A stretch of 64,000 bases of DNA. It comes from Patescibacteria group bacterium (GTDB lineage Bacteria; Patescibacteriota; Patescibacteriia; SG8-24; DYFX01). The stretch lies in assembly GCA_041659045.1 (NCBI GenBank), contig JBAZZB010000001.1:582270-646269 (forward strand). Direction: 5' to 3'. The position numbers and the translations under genes were made by a program. How positions within the stretch are numbered: position 1 is the stretch's first letter; the number at the start of each line of letters is the position of its first letter. The notes beneath the pieces are model-generated. The model made no database searches. It was not told the DNA's origin and saw only the letters and a program-made list of their open reading frames with translations. Below, one piece after another: positions 56,745-64,000 of this stretch.

Positions 56745-57845
56745 TTACCACCAAAGAATCAAGCGCGCGATCTTCCAATACGCCGCGAAGATCGGGTTGG
56801 CGACGCGTGTCAGCAGCGTTGGCTGCATTTGCTGAAAGAGAATGCGTCCCGTAAAAAGACGGGTCGCCTCGCGATCTGAGACACGGCGTTCTTTTTGTGC
56901 TTTTGCGCGCGCCGCAAAAAGTTTTGCGAGATGTTCGGCCGTAAAGAAATAACCGTAGGCGCGCGCTTTTTCCTTCCACCAACCGCTCTTGAAAGCAAAA
57001 AGCCAAAGACCGAGTTCCATCGCCAGGAAGGCTGGCGCAATCAAGACAAGCGTCGGCCAACGGTAGAGACGCGCCAGCACGATCAGACGATTGCGCTCCA
57101 TCCAATAATATTTTTTGATACTCCGCGAAAACTCGTACTTGTGAAAAACAACCGAGTCCGGCGCAAACACGACACGACGGGCTGCGAGGCGCGCGCGCCA
57201 TGAATATTCCAAATCTTCATGATACGCAAAAAGTTCTTCGTCGAGATATCCGACGTCGCGAAGCATCGAGGCGCGAATCAACATGCCTGCGCCGCTGGCA
57301 TAGGCGATATCACGCCGCGCGAGTTTCGCTTGCACAGAAGCGTCCGTGACTGGCATCGACTCCCCTCCCGCGTAACCAAAGCCGAGAAAATGAATCTCGT
57401 TGCCGTAGGAATTGACCTGTTCGACGTGCGGATGCAACCGCAAGAAACTTTGCACGATTCCAATCGCTTTGTCTGATTCCATGACGCGGATCGCGTCGTC
57501 CAAAAAGCCCGGTTGCGCTTCGGTGTCGGGGTTCAGCAAATACGCGTACTCATATCCTTCCGCGAGCGCTTTGCGCATCGCTTGATTGTTACCGCCGGAG
57601 AATCCGAGGTTGTCAGCGTTCTTGAAAAAGACACATGGGAAACCTCCTTTGGTCGTCTTTTGGTCAGGCGACAAAAGTTCTCGCGCGATAAAATCACCGC
57701 TTCCGTCCGGCGAATTATTATCGACGATCATCAGGGTCGCGGAACCGGGGGTGATTCCGGCTTCTTCGACCGCGCGGAAACAGTCGGCCAAAAAACGACC
57801 GTGGTTCCAGGAGACGACGATGATGGCGGTCCTAGCGGTGCTCAT
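56745..57845 (-). CDS. Glycosyltransferase family 2 (rhamnosyltransferase-like)
   Basis: 'VDNNSPD', 'NLGFSGGNN', 'LLNPD', 'FAYHEDLE', 'ERNR'. Confidence 0.9.
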   Translation of the reverse strand: MSTARTAIIVVSWNHGRFLADCFRAVEEAGITPGSATLMIVDNNSPDGSGDFIARELLSPDQKTTKGGFPCVFFKNADNLGFSGGNNQAMRKALAEGYEYAYLLNPDTEAQPGFLDDAIRVMESDKAIGIVQSFLRLHPHVEQVNSYGNEIHFLGFGYAGGESMPVTDASVQAKLARRDIAYASGAGMLIRASMLRDVGYLDEELFAYHEDLEYSWRARLAARRVVFAPDSVVFHKYEFSRSIKKYYWMERNRLIVLARLYRWPTLVLIAPAFLAMELGLWLFAFKSGWWKEKARAYGYFFTAEHLAKLFAARAKAQKERRVSDREATRLFTGRILFQQMQPTLLTRVANPIFAAYWKIARLILWW

Positions 57846-58173
57846 GTGTTTCGAGTCCCTTGAGTGCGAGCTCTCTCGTCAGGCGCGTGATTTGGCGTTC
57901 ATGGTCTTCCAAGCGCGCGAGCAGGCGAAACAAGAGGTAAAACACGGCAGCGAGCGCGAGGTAGACGACGACGTCCGCACCACGGCCGACGCCAAGACGG
58001 CGCGCCACGATCGTTGCGGCATCCGGCCGCGAGGCTACCGCTGCCACGCCGAGCCACAGAAGCGACCACAGTGCGAGCTGACGGAACGAAAGACCTCCGC
58101 GACGGTAGCGCGAAACAGCAGCCGCAAAACCGAAGACGGCGAAGAGAATGAGAACGATTTGAATCACGGTCAT
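57832..58173 (-). CDS. DUF2304 family membrane protein
   Basis: 'LGVGRGADVVVYL', 'QITRLTRELAL'; usual partner of DPM-synthase-like GT2. Confidence 0.85.
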   Translation of the reverse strand: MTVIQIVLILFAVFGFAAAVSRYRRGGLSFRQLALWSLLWLGVAAVASRPDAATIVARRLGVGRGADVVVYLALAAVFYLLFRLLARLEDHERQITRLTRELALKGLETHEHR

Positions 58174-58175
58174 AC

Positions 58176-58850
58176 TCAATCGAGAAGGCGGCGCCAAATA
58201 AGTTTAAGCGCTGTTTCGATACCAACGGCGAAGCTCTGGCCTTTTGAAAGCGAGTACGCGGTGTACACGGCCTCAATCGGAATTTCGACCAAGCGTAATT
58301 TCTTGTCGACGATTTCCTTGATGAACTCCGAGGAAACTTCCATGCGCGAAGAGCGGATCTCAAGGCGCTCAGCTGCGTGTCGCGTCATGCCGCGCAGGCC
58401 GCTTTGGCTGTCCGTCACCCATTTGCGATACAGGAAAAACGTCAGCGCGTTTCCCAGGCGCTGCGCGTAGCGGCGCGCGAGCGGCATATTCCCCTTTTGC
58501 TCGAGCATGCGAGAACCGATCACGAAGTCGATATCACCTTCTGCCAGACGATCGAAGATGCGCTTCGCGTCGCTTGCGCGATGCTGCCCATCAGCATCCA
58601 TTGTAACGATCAGCTCGGCACCGAGACGCAAAGCACCTTCGATACCCGTACCAAGTGCGCCGCCAAGACCTCGGTTGATTGCGTGACGCACAACAACTGC
58701 GCCGGCTGCGGCGGCGATCTCCGCGGTACGATCAGTCGAACCGTCATCCACGACCAAAACACGATCCGCCACGTCGAGCGCCGCGCGCACGACATCAGCA
58801 ATCGCCTGCTCCTCGCAGTAGGCAGGAATGACGATGACCCGTTTTTGCAT
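58176..58850 (-). CDS. Polyprenol-phosphate glycosyltransferase (DPM synthase-like GT2)
   Basis: 'IPAYCEE', 'VDDGSTD', 'NRGLGGA', 'DADGQH', 'GSR', 'DSQSG'. Confidence 0.9.
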   Translation of the reverse strand: MQKRVIVIPAYCEEQAIADVVRAALDVADRVLVVDDGSTDRTAEIAAAAGAVVVRHAINRGLGGALGTGIEGALRLGAELIVTMDADGQHRASDAKRIFDRLAEGDIDFVIGSRMLEQKGNMPLARRYAQRLGNALTFFLYRKWVTDSQSGLRGMTRHAAERLEIRSSRMEVSSEFIKEIVDKKLRLVEIPIEAVYTAYSLSKGQSFAVGIETALKLIWRRLLD

Positions 58851-58851
58851 G

Positions 58852-59856
58852 CTACAAATTCTTGGCCAACCCCTTGGTGACCAGTGTGTATTCAATTGTG
58901 CGCTTCAAGCCGTCGTCCAGACGAACGAGCGGGATCCAGCCGAGCTCGTCGACGGCGCGGCGCGTGTCCGGCAAGCCGAGCGGCGTCATAAACAAGAGCG
59001 GCGCTTCATACTTCACCTGGGAGCTTGAACCTGTCATGGCGATGACCTTGCGCGCGACGTCCGCGAGCTTCAAGTCTTCGTCGCCGCCGAAATTGACCGG
59101 GCCTGGGTTCTTGGAAATCTGCATGAGACGAATCAAGCCATCGACCAAGTCGGTCACGAACAAAAGCGCCGTACTGAAATCTTCTTCGCCGTACATGATG
59201 AGGTCGCGGCCTTCGAGCGCGTCGAGGACGAAGTCCGGCATCATTTCGCCGTCATTCAAACGCTGGCGCGGTCCGTAGGTACGGAAAATGCGTGCGACAC
59301 GCACGTCGAGTCCGAAGACGGACGCGTAAGTAAAGCAAGCTGTTTCCGCGAAACGCTTGCCTTCGTCGTAGCAGGCGCGCGGCGAGATGTGATTCGTCAC
59401 ACCAAGATCGGTTTCTTTGAATTTCGAGCCATCGAGGTGACGCGGACCGTAGACGACCGCCGTCGAGGCGTGCAGCAAGCGAGCTTTGTACTTCACCGCC
59501 ATGTCGAGCACGTTGCGCATGCCGACAGAGTTCGCCAAGTAGGTTTGAATGCGAAGGTTGTCGAACTTCTTGGCCGACGTCGGGCAGGCCAGGTGATATA
59601 CCTCTTGCACGCCGTGGACGTTCAACTTGAAGCGTGCGAGTTCGGGATACGACTCGAGATCAAACGGTTCGCTAATGTCGAGCTTGATGAATTCAAAATC
59701 CGAGTTTTTGAGCATCGATTCGATGTTCGCGACGTCGGAGGTGATGAAGTTGTCGATGCAAATCACCCGCTGGCCATCCGCCAGGAGCCGCTCGCACAGA
59801 TGAGAACCGATGAAACCGGCTCCGCCCGTCACGACGGCGGTACGCTTTTCTGCCAT
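58852..59856 (-). CDS. UDP-glucuronate decarboxylase-like NAD-dependent epimerase/dehydratase
   Basis: 'TGGAGFIGSHLCERL', 'YHLACP', 'PRACYDEGKRFAET', 'RIFRTYGPR'. Confidence 0.85.
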   Translation of the reverse strand: MAEKRTAVVTGGAGFIGSHLCERLLADGQRVICIDNFITSDVANIESMLKNSDFEFIKLDISEPFDLESYPELARFKLNVHGVQEVYHLACPTSAKKFDNLRIQTYLANSVGMRNVLDMAVKYKARLLHASTAVVYGPRHLDGSKFKETDLGVTNHISPRACYDEGKRFAETACFTYASVFGLDVRVARIFRTYGPRQRLNDGEMMPDFVLDALEGRDLIMYGEEDFSTALLFVTDLVDGLIRLMQISKNPGPVNFGGDEDLKLADVARKVIAMTGSSSQVKYEAPLLFMTPLGLPDTRRAVDELGWIPLVRLDDGLKRTIEYTLVTKGLAKNL

Positions 59857-59904
59857 AAAGGAAAAACAGGAGATGCTTAGTCTGGCCCCAGTATACGTGG
59901 GGTT

Positions 59905-61569
59905 TTAGGGTTTGAAAAGCGGGCTGGACTGGAGATTCCGATCGATTTCAATACTGGGCGCCGACGTCCGTTCAGTGAGCGCCGTGTAGTCTTCTGCCTT
60001 CACAACGACAGCTCCGACCCGGTATCCCGCGAAAAACGCCTCGGGGAGGTCGTCAACAAGCGATCGCCACTGCGAACCGAAGACTTCCTTCGCCACTTCT
60101 TCGGATGCCAAGTGCCGCAACACGCCATTTTTACTCACGGCATACACCTCGGAGCGAGTTTGTAGCTTGAGCAAACGTGTGCCTGGTCGGTAGGTGACGG
60201 TTCCACCGATCGGCAAGCTCGCGAGTTGTGCCACCGTGATGGTTTTCACCTTGGCGAAATCTTGGAACCAGGTCGCGTAGGTTTTTGCGTTTGGGAAAAC
60301 GTAACGCTTGCCGTCCTGCGCTTTGTAATAGACAGCTGACGACGCGGGCGACTTTACCAATTCGCCGCCAAACGGCAGCGGTGCCGGAATTCCTTGAGGA
60401 GACGTTGGCGTAGTTGGCACGGCAAGCATGGCCGCCACGGCCGCCTCGACGGATGCGAAGGCGTTGATGCGTCCGGTACCAAGCTGTCCGGCAAATCCAC
60501 CGTTGATCGAGTCAACGTTTTTTGCATAGGCGGTAATCAACGTGCGCACTTCAGTCGGCGTCAGCGCGGGATTGATTGAAAGCAACAAGGCCGCCAAGCC
60601 AGAAACGAGCGGCGCTGCGAGCGAGGAACCAGACCAGCCGTTTCCGTAGGGCTTGGCATATGGCGTCTGTCCAGCGCGGTACACCTGCGTCGTCGTGATG
60701 TTTTCACCGGGAGCCGAAACCGTGATGCAATCAGAACCGTAACTCGAGAAGCTCGAATGACGGTCCCGCATATCAAGCGAAGAGACACCAATTAAAATCG
60801 GCTCCCCTCCTGCGCCGCGATAGCATACCGGGTATTCAGGATAGACGTTGAGATTGCCTCCGCGTTCGGTATCGCCTTCGTTACCAGCCGCGACCACAAC
60901 GACGATGCCAGCGCGATAAGCCGCTCGCAGCGCTTCAGCCAAAAAATCACTGTAGCCCGCGCCGCTGAAACTCAGGTTGATGACTTTTACTTTTTGCGCG
61001 ATCGCGTATCTGATCGCCGCTTCCACGTTGGCCGTGCGACCGGAACCCGCACTGTCGAGTACGCGCAGCGGCATCATCTCGATATTCCAGTTCACGCCCG
61101 CAACACCTTCGCTGTTGTTGCCAGCCGCGCCAATAAGTCCAGCAACCAACGTGCCGTGATTGATGCCTTCTGTCAGTCCAGGGTCGGACAAGTCAGGATT
61201 CGGATCGTTGTCATCACTCACAAAATCCCAACCACGCACGTCGTCGACATACCCGTTTCTATCGTTGTCGATGCGGTCGTTCGGAATTTCTCCTTTGTTC
61301 GTCCAGAGACGATCTTTCAGATCGGGATGCGTGAGGTCGACTCCGGTATCCAAAACAGCAACGCGCACCGTCGGTGAGCCTTTGGCAAAATTCCACGCCT
61401 CCGGCAAACCGATGGTTTTTACGTACCACTGCGTTCCATAGAATGGATCATTCGGCTCCGCTGCCGCCACCGGCGCCGCTGCAGACATAAAGAAAACGGC
61501 CGCAACAAGGGTTGCGTTCACTATTTTTTGCCAAGATTGGCGAAAATTCATGAAGAAGTGCCGTTTCAT
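59905..61569 (-). CDS. Exported S8 (subtilisin-like) serine peptidase with C-terminal surface repeats
   Basis: Triad 'VLDTG', 'HGT', 'GSSLAAP'; C-terminal 'LVKSPASSAVYY...GKRYVFPN..TY.TWF'; start 61569 or 61551. Confidence 0.9.
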   Translation of the reverse strand: MKRHFFMNFRQSWQKIVNATLVAAVFFMSAAAPVAAAEPNDPFYGTQWYVKTIGLPEAWNFAKGSPTVRVAVLDTGVDLTHPDLKDRLWTNKGEIPNDRIDNDRNGYVDDVRGWDFVSDDNDPNPDLSDPGLTEGINHGTLVAGLIGAAGNNSEGVAGVNWNIEMMPLRVLDSAGSGRTANVEAAIRYAIAQKVKVINLSFSGAGYSDFLAEALRAAYRAGIVVVVAAGNEGDTERGGNLNVYPEYPVCYRGAGGEPILIGVSSLDMRDRHSSFSSYGSDCITVSAPGENITTTQVYRAGQTPYAKPYGNGWSGSSLAAPLVSGLAALLLSINPALTPTEVRTLITAYAKNVDSINGGFAGQLGTGRINAFASVEAAVAAMLAVPTTPTSPQGIPAPLPFGGELVKSPASSAVYYKAQDGKRYVFPNAKTYATWFQDFAKVKTITVAQLASLPIGGTVTYRPGTRLLKLQTRSEVYAVSKNGVLRHLASEEVAKEVFGSQWRSLVDDLPEAFFAGYRVGAVVVKAEDYTALTERTSAPSIEIDRNLQSSPLFKP

Positions 61570-61609
61570 GGTGAACATAGTGTAGCTGAAGGAGGGATGA
61601 AAGCAAATG

Positions 61610-61702
61610 AGACCCCTCCGCCCTGCGGGCACCTCCCCTTTCAGGGGAGGGATTCAGGTTCCCCCTCTCTGAAAGAGAGGGGGCTAGGGGGTGAGTCTTC
61701 AA
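61610..61702. repeat. 93-bp hairpin-rich (REP-like) direct repeat, copy 1
   Basis: Identical to 62090-62182 except 3 nt; three internal palindromes. Confidence 0.95.
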
Positions 61703-62054
61703 CAACAGATCGAATTTCCTCCAGCACGGCATCAATATCTTTGAGTACGTCATCATTCCAGAAACGTAACACGCGTACATGATGAAGATTGAGAAAGCGC
61801 GTTCGTTCCAAATCATAGGCATACTGTCCAAGCTCTGCATGCTGACTACCATCTGCTTCAATCGCCAACCGAAGCGCATGACAATAAAAATCCAAAATAT
61901 ATGGACCGATGCCATACTGCCGACAAAACTTCAGGCTACAAAATCGACGCCCTCTCAAAAAATACCAAAGTTTCGCTTCGGCATCGGTCTGATACTGCCG
62001 CAATTCGCGCCTGCGACCTTGAAAGATTTTTTTGTTATGTCCGAAAGAAATCAT
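61641..62054 (-). CDS. DUF559 / Vsr-like endonuclease
   Basis: 'RELR..QTDAEAKLWYFLR', 'KF.RQ..IGPYILDFYC', 'IEADGSQH', 'D.ERT.FL', 'VLRFWN'. Confidence 0.92.
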   Translation of the reverse strand: MISFGHNKKIFQGRRRELRQYQTDAEAKLWYFLRGRRFCSLKFCRQYGIGPYILDFYCHALRLAIEADGSQHAELGQYAYDLERTRFLNLHHVRVLRFWNDDVLKDIDAVLEEIRSVVEDSPPSPLSFREGEPESLP

Positions 62055-62089
62055 GCCGGAAGAGAAACAGATCGATTCGGAGCTACGCA

Positions 62090-62182
62090 AGACCCCTCCG
62101 CCCTGCGGGCACCTCCCCTTTCAGGGGAGGGATTCAGGTTCCCCCTCTCTTTCAGAGAGGGGGCTAGGGGGTGAGTCTTCAA
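62090..62182. repeat. 93-bp hairpin-rich (REP-like) direct repeat, copy 2
   Basis: Exactly 480 bp from copy 1; third hairpin loop is TTC rather than GAA. Confidence 0.95.
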
Positions 62183-62183
62183 T

Positions 62184-62213
62184 CAAAAACCCCTCCTTGC
62201 GGAGGGGTTTTTG
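62184..62213. terminator. Rho-independent terminator of the surface-protein gene
   Basis: CAAAAACCCCTCC-ttgc-GGAGGGGTTTTTG. Confidence 0.85.
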
Positions 62214-62254
62214 TGTCGTAGAACTCCTTACGGAGCCCTGACAAGACCTGGCTC

Positions 62255-64000
62255 TTACGAGCGGGTCAACGTCTGGGCGTTCGTCGGGAGGATCTTGACA
62301 TGGCGGCCGTTCGTCCAGTCGTTCGAAGCGGAGACAGCACTGTTGTCACCGTTGCCGGTGTCAGTCGAGTCGTTGTGCGGAATCACGCTGTTGTCGGACC
62401 AGATGAAGCGGTAGGCGCCGTCGGCGGCAGTGCCGTCGTGGTCATCGATACCGTGCGGCACGTCGCCGGAGACGGCGTTCGAGCTGTCGATTTCACCAGT
62501 GACCTGTGCGGTGTCGCCAAGCAGCTTGGTGCTGATGGATTCACCGGACGCGTCAGCACCGGCAACCGTAGCCCAGAGCTGGTACGACTTGGACGCACCG
62601 GCAGCGATCGTCTGTTCGGTCGAGAACGTGATCACGTAGCTGCAAGTTGCAGAGCCCGTGCAGTTCAAGACAGCATCCGTCGTGGAAGCCGAGATGTCCG
62701 TACCGATACCAACCTCGCGAATCGTCGGCGACGTGATGGACAGAGCCGTGCCGCTGACGTTGTTAAGGTTGTGCTCGAAGCCGATCGCCTTCACCGAGAC
62801 CTGCTGAGCAGCGTCCGCGGCGATGGTGAAGCCCTTCAGGACCATCGAACCGTTCGACAAGGTCGAAGTCGGAACGCTGGTGTCGGAGACCGTCGGCTTC
62901 GTCTTGCGGAGGCGCTTTTCGCGACCGTCGAGGTTGCCGGAGTTACCGACCGTGTCAAGCGTGCTGGAGCCAGCGGACGTTCCGCGGACTTCGTAGGTAC
63001 CGTCCGGATCATTGACCGTGCTGCCCGTGGGGCGGCAGTACTCAATGTTGCTGCCGGAGCAGAGCGTGACCTGGACGTTGAGACCGGAGGCCACACCCGA
63101 CGGGCTGACCTGGTTCAAAGCGCCCTTGACCGTGAGGGTCTTGGAGCTGTCCTTCGGAACAACGAAGGAGAAGGCCGAGAAGTCGGCAAAACCTTCCGAG
63201 CTCGGAGAGACAGGGCCGGCGACGAGGGCCGAACCGTCGTAGAGGGAGAGGCTGTTGACTGCGGCCACAGTGGCAGAAGTCGTACCAGAGTCCGTCACGC
63301 GGAAGCGAACCTTCGCGAGCTTGAGGTCTTCGGTCTGAGCCGTGAAGCGGTACTTGGCGAGGACGGCAGTGGTGCCGCCGAGGACCAAACCAGCTTCAGA
63401 TTCAACGTCATCCGGAGCGAGCGCGTAGGTCATGGTGCCGCTCGTCGAGATGATCATGTCAGCCGAGTTCGCGGAACCCGACTTCGAGACCGTGTTGCCG
63501 TCGATGTCCTGAGCCGTCACGTCCGAGTTGGCGACCGTGAAGTCGATGGTGTCGTTCAGGTTCGAGATCGAACCAGCGAGCGTACCTTCGAGGCTAAGGG
63601 TGACAGTCTGACCGGCCGGGACCGTCAAGTTCATGTTCGAGAACTGGAGGAGACCTCCGTCGGCCGAGGCGCAGGACGCCGTGGACGAAGTCGGGCTCTT
63701 GATGTCACCCACCTGGGTGGTTCCGTTCATGAGCTTGGCGGAGAGAAGGATGTCGGTCGAAAGCTTGTCCGTCGAACCGGTGTCAATACCGTTTTCACAG
63801 CCGTTGGCAAAGGTTGCGTCGTTGTTCGAGTCGACACGCATCTGGACAGTCATCGCAGTGACCTTCACGTCAGAGCCCTGGCCAGCCTTGAGGCTGATAC
63901 CGGCGAGCGAGACGCCCTGGGAACCCTGGATGAAGGTCTGCGCAACCGGCGTCGAAGCGGCCGAAACCGTGAGCGACGCGGAGCGGACCGTCATGGCGTT
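62255..64000 (-). CDS. Large S-layer-like surface protein, C-terminal part (starts beyond the window)
   Basis: >580 codons rich in Ser/Thr/Gly/Ala; repeated beta-sandwich units ('VPAGQTVTLSL', 'VPKDSSKTLTV', 'IAAGASKSYQL'); strongly biased codon use. Confidence 0.75.
   Translation of the reverse strand, partial: NAMTVRSASLTVSAASTPVAQTFIQGSQGVSLAGISLKAGQGSDVKVTAMTVQMRVDSNNDATFANGCENGIDTGSTDKLSTDILLSAKLMNGTTQVGDIKSPTSSTASCASADGGLLQFSNMNLTVPAGQTVTLSLEGTLAGSISNLNDTIDFTVANSDVTAQDIDGNTVSKSGSANSADMIISTSGTMTYALAPDDVESEAGLVLGGTTAVLAKYRFTAQTEDLKLAKVRFRVTDSGTTSATVAAVNSLSLYDGSALVAGPVSPSSEGFADFSAFSFVVPKDSSKTLTVKGALNQVSPSGVASGLNVQVTLCSGSNIEYCRPTGSTVNDPDGTYEVRGTSAGSSTLDTVGNSGNLDGREKRLRKTKPTVSDTSVPTSTLSNGSMVLKGFTIAADAAQQVSVKAIGFEHNLNNVSGTALSITSPTIREVGIGTDISASTTDAVLNCTGSATCSYVITFSTEQTIAAGASKSYQLWATVAGADASGESISTKLLGDTAQVTGEIDSSNAVSGDVPHGIDDHDGTAADGAYRFIWSDNSVIPHNDSTDTGNGDNSAVSASNDWTNGRHVKILPTNAQTLTRS

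Noticed and set aside
61610-62182. CRISPR array or IS element
   Set aside because: Only two 93-bp direct copies around a gene; no spacer array, cas gene, transposase or evident target-site duplication.
1-64000. Alternative genetic code (TGA=Gly) as in some CPR lineages
   Set aside because: Conserved genes (pyrH, xseA, ftsW, mraY, murA, rmlB) end at TGA at normal lengths and have no internal TGA.

Overview
64 kb of a high-GC bacterial chromosome using genetic code 11. Gene content and style point to Patescibacteria/CPR, probably an Uhrbacteria/ABY1-like lineage (inference): archaeal-type PyrH, truncated TsaB, tandem TrmB regulators, a 'GAGC' lipobox, a pilB/C/M/N/O operon and a large S-layer-like gene. 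Core blocks: rplJ-rplL with an L10-leader RNA, pyrH, xseAB, mraY-ftsW-murG, type IV pilus assembly, iscS-nifU, rpmA, pyrG-nudix-ctpA-murA, a ~17 kb nucleotide-sugar/glycosyltransferase cluster, an S8 protease and the 3' part of a surface protein. About a dozen accessory genes sit between these blocks; they have strong Shine-Dalgarno sites and mostly their own promoter and terminator, whereas most core genes lack an SD. Best leads: a DUF559 nuclease between two 93-bp hairpin-rich direct repeats; a promoter-driven, structured ~195-nt candidate ncRNA beside an AT-rich TrmB pair; an uncalled 54-aa, 12-Cys metallothionein-like gene; a 43-aa basic ORF coupled to pyrH; a uridine kinase-CYTH fusion; and a eukaryote-type rhamnose epimerase/reductase in a cluster without rmlC. 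No tRNA, rRNA, CRISPR array, integrase or transposase was seen. All family assignments come from motif recognition by eye, not database searches.
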